From: Guillardia theta CCMP2712
Lineage: Eukaryota; Protista; Cryptophyta
NCBI RefSeq assembly: GCF_000315625.1
Contig: NW_005434644.1
Span: 130,973-194,972, forward strand
DNA: 64,000 nucleotides
Direction: 5' to 3'
Shown one piece after another: positions 49,853 to 61,361 of the stretch. A model generated the notes under the pieces. The model did no database searches. It saw only the letters and a program-made list of their open reading frames with translations, and had not been told where the DNA came from. The position numbers were made by a program, and so were the translations under genes. Positions within the stretch are counted from its first letter, which is position 1; each line of letters begins with the position of its first letter.

Positions 49853-51143
49853 ATGGGATCCTACTACATACCCCCTGTCAACTTCGGGCTGGTCGAAGAC
49901 AACCTGTGAGTAGCGAGGATAGGAACCAGGAAGATGAAAGGGAAAAAGAGCGGAGAAGAGACACTGGCAGGACGAGGCGGGGGAAGGGCGTGACAAAGGG
50001 TGCATGGGAGGGTTCTTATAGTGCCAGGGACACATGGAGGATGGAGGGAGCAGGAAAGAGGATGGGAGCAGGGAAGAGGATAAGCGGAGAAGAGGTTCAC
50101 ATCAAACCAGGTACAGGAGCGGACAGCCTAATGAGCTGAACTATCCCTTCCTCGAGAAGCTGTACGTGTTTATGCAGTCTCCCTGCATGCCTTCCCAGGA
50201 CCTTTGCTGTGCGGTTCTCGTGCTCTACACCTCCCTTCCCTCTTTCCTTACCCCTCTGGTCGTCTCGTTTATTCTCCTCTGCTCTCTCCACCCCATTCCT
50301 TCTAACATGCCCAACAGGCACTTGAAGAAGATCTTGTACCTCTCTCCTGACGCTCCCCCTCCTTCCTTCCAAACCTTTGTCAACGATCAGGGCATTGACC
50401 TGCAGCAACTCGGTAAGCACTGCGGCAGATGCGCTTCCCTGCCTTCTCACGCATCATCAGGATCTGCGGGGGAGGACAGGCAGTCAGCCATGTGGAGCCC
50501 CTTGAGCGAGGAGATCGTCCTACAAGCCCTCCAGCAGATCCTTGATGTACAACCTCCTGCCCCTGCCCCTGCCCCTGCCCCTGCCCCTGCCCCTGCCCTG
50601 CCCCTGCCCCTCCCCCTGCAACCCCGTTCCTTCTCTGGTTGACCAACTTTCCTTACCCTTCTCCCTTCCTTTGCAGACGGAGAGGCACTATCCGCTGTGC
50701 CTGATGGACAGCGTAGGAAGAAACAGAGTAGGGATCGTTGTTGGATGCCTCAGAAAGTTGCAGGCAACGTGCGACGTGCTCCTCCTCCGCTTCCTGACGC
50801 TGTCGCAGAGGTGGAACTTGACTTCGATCTTCGAGGAGTACAGGCGGTACGCAGGGAGCAAGGTGATGCTGTTGTGGAGGGGAGGATGGGGAGGAGCAGC
50901 GCAGAGAGAGCAAAGCGGATCGAGGATAGAGATTGATGTGGCCATGTTTGAGATGGAGGTGAAAGGAGATGGTGAGCATGGATGTTGAAGTCTTGAGTTG
51001 ATCCAACAGCGGATAGGAGGAGTCATCTCAAGGTTGATCTGCTCATGTCTGCTCAGGTTCGCGTTCTCAACGAGCAATTCATCGAGCTCTTTGACACTGA
51101 CCTCGTCACCTACGATCACGCAAGGAAACCTGTCTGGTTGTAA
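49853..51143 (+). CDS. OCA1/Siw14-family (PFA-DSP) tyrosine-phosphatase-like protein, catalytic Cys replaced by Asp
   Basis: Spliced MGSYYIPPVNFGLVEDNL|YRSGQPNELNYPFLEKL|HLKKILYLS...YPLCLMDSVGRNRVGIVVGCLRKLQ|RWNLTSIFEEYRRYAGSK|VRVLNEQFIELFDTDLV...*. Confidence 0.88.
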
Positions 51144-51271
51144 TGCTTTTCCTCTTTCTCCCTTTCCCAACCTCCCCCCTCCTCCTCCTCTTCATGTCCT
51201 TGCATGAGCCTGTATTGCGCCTGATGAGTTCATTGTACATACTTGTCCGACATCATAGCACATTTTCATTC

Positions 51272-54200
51272 TCATGCCGCCAGCACGCCGATGGGTTGGA
51301 AGTCAGCCAGCATCTCGTCGGTGTGGATCGCCTTGAAGATCTCCGTCCCATCCTGCGCAGAGAGGAGGCTCGTCAAAGAGGGAGGACAGGAGGATGAGGC
51401 TGAAAGCAGGGGGGAGAGGAGGAAGGAGGAGGGGGAAAAGATGAAGAAAGGGGGAGAAGAGAGTAATGTCCCCGACGAAGGCGAAGAAAAAGAGGTGGGG
51501 GAAGGAGGAGATACGGAGGGATGTGCGGTGGTGGAGGGGGAGAGGACAGAGGAAAGCTGGAAGGGGGGAGGGGGAAGAGGGAGCGAACTTGCTAGCAGAG
51601 GGCACACACCTTTCCTCCGTACTTGAGGATCGCTTCAGCTCCTGCTGGATGCTCGTCCAGGAAGTCTGTAAAATCGTACACCTGGGATGTTCTAGTCACT
51701 TCACCACTATAATCACCAGCTCCAGCTCCAGCTCCAGCTCCAGCTCCTCCTCACCTTCCCCTCGATGGAAACCCAGCAGCTGTCTTTAGTCTGGTGCTTT
51801 GCCAACTCCTCTTGGCTGATGGTCTTGCTAGCTGGAGACGGCGAAGGAGGAAGGGCTCCCTTTGTTTCCTGCAAGGATGCCTGCTCCTCCTCCTCCGTGT
51901 TTGCGATCGGAAGAGACTGGCCGAGCAATCTTCCGAAGACGACACACTCGCTGCACACAATGTCAGTCAGCCTCGTCTTTCTCCTGTACTTTCCTATGTG
52001 CCCCTTCTGTATCCACTTTGCCCTCCTACCCACTCCCTCCCTCACACCCTGACATGGTGTCCTTACTGGTGCTGCTGCTGCTGCTCCTCCTCCTCCTCAC
52101 CTGAGAGCGTTTCCTCCGAGTCTGTTCTTCCCATGAAGACCTCCTATCACCTCCCCTGCCGCGTACAGTCCACGGACGACGGACCCGTCCTCCCGCAGGA
52201 CAGCCCCATGAGCGTTGATGGCGATACCCCCCATGCAGTAGTGGATAACTGGGGTGACGATGCCCGCGTAGTAGGGTCCTCCTCCAGAAAAGGGGAGGTT
52301 GTGAAAGTATTTCTTTCCCCACTCGTCGATGCCCTGAAAGCAGCAGGAAGAGAACAACGGGGAGAAGAAGGAGGGAGGGAGAGAGAGGAGGAGGAGGAGG
52401 AAGAGGAAGAAGTTTCAGTGTTTTGCCCGACCTGTAAGGTATCTCCAACTTCTGAGCTCTGCAACCCCTCTATCCCCCCACCTATCAGCATACCTTGGCT
52501 CCATCCTCGTCATACTTCTTCATGGTTTGCTGCAGCATCTCCTGGTTCACTTTGCCTTCCCAGAAACTCCAAGCTGCACATCAGGTGATGAGCACGAAGA
52601 AACGAGAATGAGCGATGAGCGATGCGCAGCAAGAGAGAGCAGGGCACTGAGCCAGAAAAAGAGAACAAGGAAAAGGATGAGCAGGAGGTGAGGAGGAGAC
52701 AGAAGGATGCAGGACAAGGGCAAGAGCAGGAGGAGCACTTCACCTGCAAGTTGTTCGAGCGTATCGAACTTGACAAGTAGCTCCTTCCTCGTGTACAGCT
52801 CGATGTGCTTTTTGGCCTTGATCGCTCCCTGTGCGACGAGTCAGACCAGCATGAAAAGAGTCGTAGCCATGTGAGAAGAAACATGAAGAAACATCAGGGG
52901 TAGCGGCTTGTGAGGGGTTTTGATAGCAGAGGATAAAGGGCCAGGGGAGAGATAGATATGAAAGAGAAAGTGGTGGTAGTGGTACCGAGGGATGATGATG
53001 ATCATCATGATGATGATACAAGGAGGTGGGGGGGAAGGTGGTGGTGGTGGTGGAGGAGGAGGAGGAGGAGGAGGAGGAGGAGGAGGAGGAGTGCTTCATG
53101 CTAGGTCACAACCTTCCCGTTGACGACCAGGGCGAACTTGAGATTTTCCCCGTCTACCTCAAGCATTCTTCCTGTCACGTAGTCGCGGGTTCCAAGCTCG
53201 TCGGCGAATCGTTTTCCAGCTGGAGGAAGGGATCAGAGGAACACACGAGACAAGGGAGGAGACAGAGGCGGAGGAGGCGGAGGAGGAAAAGGTACGTCGG
53301 TGGAAGTGAGGAACGAGAAATTCTCTGCTTACTTCGATCCAACAGGATTCCTCCTTCTCCTCGTAGAATTTCCGCGCAGAGAGTCTTCACCTTGTTGTGC
53401 GGATCTGCGGGGTTGTGGAAGCCGGTGGGGTGAACCTGCAGGAAAGTGAGCGAAAGTGCAGACAATGGGTAGAGAAGCATGCAGCAGGGAGGGAACGAGG
53501 ATCGAAGAGGAAGAGGATGTAGTTTGCAGAAAGGGAAGGGAGGCAAATCAGAAATCATGAGCTCGATATCTGTATTCCTGACCTGCACATCGTTGAGGTC
53601 TACAGTCTTCGCCTTGATCGCCATGGCAAGTTTATGTCCGTCCCCAGTGGTTCCCTTGTTGTTGGTGGTAGCATATCTGACGAGGAGTGAGACGATGCGG
53701 GGGAGAAGAAGTGAGAAAACGAAGAATGAAGGAGAGGGGGGGGGGGGAGGGGGGGGGGAGCCGCCACTGAGGCTGCACATAACTCGCGAACAGCGTGAGG
53801 GAGAGAAAGAGGGGGGGAGAGGGAGAGGGAGGGAGGGAGGGAGGGAGGGAGGGAGGGGGAGAGTAAAAGAGAGGAGAGGAGGAGGGAGAGGAGGCAACGC
53901 CAAAAACTCACTTGAGAAGGTCAGGGCGATATTGCTTCAGCAGAGAAGTGTTGGTGTAGTCGCTCGCGTAACCCCCTGTTGCGATGATGACGTTGCGGGA
54001 GTAGAGCTTGCCCTTGCTGCCCTTCTCCTCCTTCCCTCCCACCACCTCGTACTCCACACCCACGACAGCAGCTCCGTCCTCCTCCGTGATAAGCTTCGTT
54101 GCGCTCGTCCACTTCATCAGCCGGAACCTCCCGCTGCCGTCCTCAAGGTACTTCTCCAGCTGCTTCTGGATGGCGAAGATGATGGCACTTCCAGCTAGAC

Positions 54201-56784
54201 CCGAGGAGGGGCGGTGAGTCCTCGGCTTCGAATGCCCTCCCATCTGCCCCACCAGGTCGAGGTTGAGGTGCTCCTTCAGCCGGTACCGCAGCCATGCGAG
54301 CGAGTCCACACTTCCCTCTGTGAGAACGGGGATCAATGGGTTGTCTCCTCGCCCTGCCGCCTTCACCACGTCCTGAGTGAAGAGCTCCACACTGTCCCCG
54401 CTCTTGGTGTCGTTCACGTCAACCGCGTTCACTCCCGAGGAGGCCCAGGCGCTGTTCCCGCCAAGATGCCCCTGCTTCTCCAGCACCACTACGCTTCCTC
54501 CTCGATCCAGCAGCGTCAGAGCCGCCGACAACCCGGCCAGACCTCCTCCGATCACAATCGCGTCGACTGCATCAGAGACAGCAGCACGGACCTCGCTGCC
54601 CATCAGTGCCGCTTCCTTGGAGTAACGTGCCGCGTGCTCCAGGAAGCGCTGGCTGTTGAAGGAGGCGTAGTGCTTGGCAAGCAGGAGCAGAGATTCGTCC
54701 TTGACCAGCAACCTGTCGATCACCGCGTCCTCAGTGCGCGAGTCAATCGCTCCTTTCCTCGCCTGGGAGGCGACAGCAGACAGCGCGAGGTCCAAGAGGT
54801 TGTACGATTCTTGAGGTGGGATGGAACTTACGGTCGAACTTCTTGTTGGCGCCCCAGAGCGAGCTGGCGCAGGAGCAGGAGGGGACGGGGGGGAGGGGAC
54901 TTGCGCAGGGGGAGCAGGCTGGTTCATGACCTTCTCGTCGAGCACATCTCCCTTGTAGAGCAGCTGATGCTCATAGAACTTGGTGGTAAGGCGAGGGACC
55001 GCAATGATCGCGTGCGAGAACTTGTGCAGGGTGTTGAAGAGCGCGACGAGCTCCGGCCGGGAGAGCGAGGTCGAGATGAGCTGCTCAGGGATGAGGAGGA
55101 TCTTGAGGGCAGTCCCCAGCCCCAGCAGCTGGAGCTTCCCATGCAGCTTGCACTTCTGGCACGAGATGCAGTCCATGACCTCGGAGATATTGTGGAACAC
55201 TCCCTTGAACTGGCTCTTGAGGGACTTCTGGACCTCTGACTCCTCCCCGTCAGACTTGAACATGATCTGCTCGTCGAAGGCCTCGAACACGTGCGAGCAG
55301 GAGGCCAGCAGGTGGGAGTCTAGAAGCCTCTGCACGAGGAGGGAGGTCCTTTTGTCTTCTGCAATCTCCCCGACGGAGAAGGGGAAGTTGTAGAGGTAGG
55401 GAGCAGCCTTCCTCAGCGCCCGCAGCAGCACCACGAACGCGAAGTGAAGGTTCTTGAGCCTCTCCGGGTTGGCTCCGTAGTGGTTCATGAAGCGATCAAG
55501 GTTCGGCTCCCACTTGTCCCTCTTCCCCTTCACTGGGGGATAGTACTGCTCCGAGATGTGGATGTTGATGGACGCGTGCATCCCCGAGAGCATACGGTAC
55601 AGGACTCGCTCCTCGTAGCACATCTCGTGCAACGACCCGAGCTTGTCGAAGCAGTTCTCATCATAGATCGCGTTCCACACGTGGGATCCGTTGTATCCCG
55701 TCCACCGCTCCGGGTTCAGCTGGAGATTCACGTACTCTGATGCGAGACTCGGTCATCGACATCCTCCCACGGAACTCTCGCATCACCTGTGCTGTTCGTC
55801 GGGATCTTGTGGCAGATGTCGAGCCAGTACTCGGGGAGGGCAGGGTCGTCGCAGACCTTGCTCTCACCATCCAACAGCTTCTTCTCGTCGTTGGAGATCG
55901 TCTTATCCACTAGGTTAGTGATGGGGGGCATGAAACCTCCGAAGAGTCCCTGAAGCACCAAGTCACTAATCTCACGCCTTGCACACTCCAGCACTTGACC
56001 GGGGGTGGAGCATTGAACCCAATCTTCTTCTCCCCGACCTGTCCCATCGTTCATAGCTCGCCTCCCAACGCACCAACTGTTTACCTTCCCTCCTCCAGAC
56101 AGATCTAGATCGCACTGCTTCTTTCCCTTGGGCTTCACTCCTTCCACCTCTTCCCCGGCTCCAGCAGCCGCCTCACCAGTTGCAGAGGAGTTGCACTTGG
56201 CTTCTGAAACAGCCTGCAAACAGGGTGTCAACTATCATGTTGTCCCAGTGGTGTCGAAACACAAGAAAGGGAACTATTCTCCTTTATTGAGACGAACCTT
56301 GGTCCAAAACTTGCACTTTCCTTCCAAGTTTATCTGGAGAAGACGAAAATAGGTTGTATTGACAAGCTGCCAAAGCAAACAATCAACACGACAATGACCA
56401 GGATGAGGTGAAACTAGTGCAATGCACCTCAGAGAGAATCGAATGCAGCTGCTGCGAGTTTGCCTTCTCAACCGCTTCAACGTCGCACTGAGCATCATCG
56501 ACAGGTCCTGTTGCTAACAGTCACTGCGAGGCATGTCAGGGCTCAAAGAGTTTGCCTGAAGGCACGCATCCGAACTCGTGTTTCACCGCCCATGTTGGGA
56601 CTTTCTGAGGGCCCCAGGTCAAAAGAACGCGTCTGCGAGCATTGAAACATCTTACTGTGGATGAAACTTCAGCCTCGGCTACTGCTAGCACAAGGAGCAA
56701 ACAGGCAAGGCCTGCCAAACGGCATCAGACAAGATCAGCACGAGATTACTGGCTCTGCTTACCACAACAGGCTTTCATGGCCAT
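51272..56784 (-). CDS. Fusion protein: signal peptide + Ero1 + FAD-dependent fumarate reductase (Osm1/Frd1/flavocytochrome c type) + cytochrome b5
   Basis: Ero1 motifs: YFRLLQINLEGKCKFW, LNPERWTGY, YRMLSGMHASINIH, MDCISCQKCKLHGKLQLLGLGTALKIL. Reductase motifs: VIGGGLAG, GGNSAWASSG, GGHSKPRTHR, IATGGY, QVHPTG, AEILRGEGG, ELGTRDYV, HYCMGG, GLYAAGE..GGLHGKNRLGGN. Cyt b5 motifs: [31 protein letters not shown]...DGTEIFKAIH. Confidence 0.92.
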
Positions 56785-57779
56785 AGTGTGTGAGCCTTGT
56801 AATCCACACGTTATGCCAACTGATGACAAAAATGTAAGAGGGAACATTGTCAGGCTCTATCAATGGGCGGGAAAAATAATCGAGTGCACACGAACAACTC
56901 CTGATTTGAATTCAACGAAAACGATTTGAAAGGTCCAAACATGTATGTCATGTAAGGTCCCAGATCACTATGTTCCCGTATCCGAGAATCGCAGCTCATG
57001 AACACATGCGAATCTCTTTGCTGCACGTGTCAGATCTCTATCTCTCTCCGCTTCTCCGCTACTTACTGGGTCCGCCAAACTCTATGGCAACGATGCAATG
57101 TGCACCACAAATCACATCGTGTGCTCCAACAGGCAATCATCTTCCCCGCGAGCATTAAGTCTGATCGATTCTACCTCTCGAACCCTCTCCGTCCTCCTCC
57201 CGTCTCTCCTCCCCTTCCCCCTTCCTCTCCTCCTCTTCTTTCTCCTCCTTGCCCTGCCATGTCTTCCATCCCACCAAGCCACATGGCCTCATCAAACTTG
57301 GAGTACCCCACCCCAGTTCTGTATCACCACCTACCCTCCTCCATTCCCAGCCTCACAAGTACCCCGTTTAGAATCTAACTACCCACCCCGTGCTTTTACA
57401 CTTCAAATGCACCTTCAATCAAGTTCTACCTACCTTTCATCAATATTGTATGAGAATACTACCGGTGCGCATTTAATTATCTACCACCCCACCCACTCTA
57501 GGATGTCTTGACACATAAAACATCTTCTCTCTACCCGGTCTGGTTTTTCCTACTACCCACCCCCCTTTTCCCTACTACCCACCCCCTATTCACCCCCTGG
57601 CATGTCCAAACAACTCATAATAAAACCTTGACTTGAAATACCCCTTCTATTCTCATTTGATTGAGGGGTGGAGGTACTCAAACTTGAGAGAACTTCTAGC
57701 TCATCGTACTGATTTTTAACTTATCTTTGAGTAAAGATTCTAGCTCGGGATGGTGCGGCTTGAAGGTGGGGTGGGTGAC

Positions 57780-58640
57780 GTGGAACTTGGAACCCGGGCC
57801 TCCGACTCGGAAGCCCGGCGACCGTATGCCGGACCATCGGACGGACTCCCCGAGTCCGGGAGTTGGCAAGCCCGGTGAAGGCCGGGCCTGCGCGGCCGGG
57901 TAACTTAAGTTCCGTGACGCCGCCGCCCGGCGCTGTGAGTCCGATCACTGTCAGTGACCTTCCGGCCGGGGGGCCTTCGCGGCCGCCGGGCCGCCCGGCG
58001 GCCACGGCCCCGCCGGCTCAACTTTCGAAGTCAGTTCGGAAGGGCCTTTCGCCGACGGTCAAGACTCACTGGCCAGTGAGTGATGGCACTAAGCAAGTTT
58101 CTTTACTCAAAGTTCAAGCCGCTGGAAGTTTGGAGAAAATTGAACTCGGCGCCGTCCCGGTCCCCCGCCGGAACTCAAAGCTTGAAGGGCCGACGGTTCA
58201 GTGAACAGGCTTGAAGTTCGGCCAGCCTCCCTGCCGGCCGGGCACTGCACCGGGCTGCGGCAGGCCATGAAAGTTGGCAACCGTTGCCAACTTGACGGCC
58301 GGTGACCGCCGCCAGCCTGCCAGCGCCGCCGCCGGGGCTGACAGTGCCAACTCTGGCAGTGAGCCCGGCGAGTCACGCGGCCCCGGCCCGCCGGAGTGCC
58401 AGGGCGGCACAGGCCCCCGAACTTACCGTAGCCTTAGCGGCCGCCCGGCCGAGAGTCAGACTGCTCGGAGGCTCACCGTCACTGCCGTAGTGCGGCCGCC
58501 GCGCGCGGAGCCTCAGGGAGCCCGCGGCACTGTACGGTCAGGCTGGCCCGGCCGGGCGGCCGCGATGATAAGCCTTGCCGCAGTGCCGCCGGCTCAGCTA
58601 CCCGGCTGTTGGTACGGTGGCCGGCCAGTACTACTCAGCC
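57780..58640. other. Intergenic CCGG/GGCC-rich GC island preceded by a conserved 32-bp motif
   Basis: Dense ccgg/ggcc, aagtt/aactt and gtcac/gtgac words; motif tcgtactgatttttaacttatctttgagtaaa at 57704-57735. Confidence 0.7.
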
Positions 58641-59463
58641 TGGCAGTGAGGCTACCGTACCGTAAGTCGATAGGACTCTCGTGCAATGAGGTCGGACCAA
58701 GTTTTGAATTTTCATACTGATATGGCACTCAGGCGGCTCCGAGTGCAGTGAGCGCCGGGCTGGCGAGTCTTGATGCCGCGCTGAAACAAATCTGTTCATA
58801 TCGTTGATCATTTTTAGTCATGATTATTCAAGCATTCTATGTCAGGAACTCAGTGAGATACAACGGTGATCATCGGATTTCACTTCCGAATGTACTCTAA
58901 CACTGCCAGTCGACGGCCAGTGACCGATGGTGAACGTGTATGAATACTACTATTTCAACAGCGGCGGGAACTTCCGAAGGTTGACGTGGAGCGCAAGTCT
59001 GAATCAGCTTCACTCAGATAACAATACCGTTACGGCAAGTATCATAGTAAGGAATCATTGCCGTAGGACCGTTGCTTGCTCCGAGCCTCGGACTGCACCG
59101 TATCAAACTCAGCCGCCTTAAGTTGGCAACCCCAGTACCAAGAATTAGGGGCACAGTAATGAAAGTCGGCTTCGCAACAAACAGGAATGGTCTTGGTGTC
59201 ATTGCAATTTATTCTTTTGCGGCCTGATCTGACTTCAAACTCCGTGTGCCTGCGGCGATGGGCACTTTACGACTCATCCACGACTGATTTTCCTTCATTT
59301 CCCTAACTTGACAATGGCAGGACCAAACACATAACACATTACTCGTATCATAATTTTCGAGGGAAGCACAAGAGAACCATAACTTTGAAGAGCACATCTC
59401 GAAATCATTGGAAAAGAATAATTTATTACAAATGCAGAAAGAATCTATTGTACACAAGTGAGG

Positions 59464-59808
59464 TTATCTGAGCACGGTGTGAGCTGCATCAGTGAAGAGC
59501 AGTCCAGCTTCACTTCCAAGCTCATCAACGATCTCCTTCATCCTCTTGTGGGACATTTCTCCTTCGCAGATTGAGTGCCGTGATCTCAAGATATCGTGCG
59601 ATCCGTGAAACGAGCATTCCGAGGTTGGAGTTTCTGGTCTAGATTCTTCGCATGACATTCTTGAAGCACATCTTGAGGAGTCTCTTGAGCTGTGGTTCGA
59701 TGCCAACCAGTTGTTGGCCTCGTCGCGTCCACAGGTGCGCATAAGTTCTTCAAAGAAGTAGAGCTCAACCAGGCTGGTTGTAGAATCGTGGGATCTTCGC
59801 TGAGGCAT
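59464..59808 (-). CDS. Hypothetical small intronless protein (~114 aa)
   Basis: ORF from MPQRRSHDSTTSLVELYFFEELMRTCG. No domain recognised. Confidence 0.4.
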   Translation of the reverse strand: MPQRRSHDSTTSLVELYFFEELMRTCGRDEANNWLASNHSSRDSSRCASRMSCEESRPETPTSECSFHGSHDILRSRHSICEGEMSHKRMKEIVDELGSEAGLLFTDAAHTVLR

Positions 59809-61361
59809 CAAGATAACTGGCGGTAAGGAAGTGGATAGAGCGAGCAAGAAGGCAAGGGGCTGGGTCAGGTCAGGTCTTTCAAGGCACCGAGCGTGGCTGG
59901 GTGGCGGTGGAGAGAAGCGATGATTTGTTGCAAGGAGGTAGTGGATTTATAGGAGAAGGCTGACACCACCCACCCATAAATTCCATCATTTTACAACACA
60001 TGTAGATTGGGTCATGGAGTACGTGCTGACAATCAGTCCGTGCCTCAGCCATGAATCATCGCTACCACCCCCACCCCACACAACACCCCAAATAAATATA
60101 GTCAGAGGTCTTTAAATGCAAGGGGTGCACTTCGAGAAATATCGGCGGACGATCATTTCGGAGAAACTGAGGGTAAATTTAGGTGCAAGGGGTCCGAGCA
60201 ACGACGAAAAAGATTTATTTCGATACTAGAGTTATTTTGTACAGGGGTAGGGTGTTGCAGTGCAAGCCACGGATGGGGGATCAGAGGATACCCTCCTAGT
60301 CTTATTGATCTATTTGAACATGATGTTATGAAAGGAACGAAAGACGTAGATGATAAAAAGGGCAATGCTCATGAGGGGGTGGGTGGTCAAAGTTGCTGAC
60401 ACATCAATGCATTCGATCACGTCGTGGAGTTGCAGGAGCACCTCTAGACCAGGGCCAAAAGTACCCCTGCCTCTCCTGCTTATCTCCTCGTAAAAGGCAC
60501 GGGTCATTGCTGACACAGCTATGTGGTAAGGATGACCGAGCCCATAAAACCACCGAAACCATAAATTCAAATATCTTTATGAACTTTGAACTCTTATTTG
60601 AAAGTTTCAAATCAGTTTTGATACTGAAATCGGGAGTTAAAGTGGCATTGCAGATAGAGTCATGAGCTCAAGGAGGTAACGTGACTGTGGACATGTGCGG
60701 ATCCTCTAAAGCTGAGCCACTACTGCTGCCCCATAAAACTCTTCGAAATCACTTCTAGCGCCCAAGGTAAATCTTATTCGGCTGCCCTCCAGAAGATCGG
60801 ACTCCAGGTGGCAACGCCCGGCGGCCCCCGGGCCAACAAGTTGGGGCGCGGCCGGGCGCCGGGCCGGGCCGGGCAACTTGCGGCAGTGCCAAGTTGGCCC
60901 ACACTGCCGCCGCGTGTTCAGGTCACGCGGGCGATACGGCACGCCCGCGGCATGATCACCGTCACTGCACTAGCAGGCGATACTCACGCCGGGTGCCGCA
61001 GTGCGGCCGCCGGGGCCCGGCGCCGGGCCCCGGCGGGGCAACCGTCCGAGTCGGCCCCGCGCAGCCCAACTTTTGCCCGGGTCACCGGGTGGCGGCCGCA
61101 GCCGCCTCAGCCTGCGCCCCGGACGCTCCGAGGCTCCTCGGCGCCGCTGCCAATGCGCCGCGCGGCACAGTGACGGTAAGTAACTTTAAGTTCAGGCCAC
61201 GGTTCAACCGTTCAATCATTCATTAGACGGTCCGACCGTACGGCCCGCCGGTGACCGTCACGCCACGGTGGCCGGGGCGTCAGTGTACAAGGCTCCCCGG
61301 CAGAGCTAACTTAATTACACCCAACTTGGCAAGCTGAGGAGGGAAGCGAACTGAAGAAATA

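Noticed and set aside
54214-55239. 341-aa plus-strand ORF
   Set aside because: Antisense shadow of the Ero1-reductase exon.
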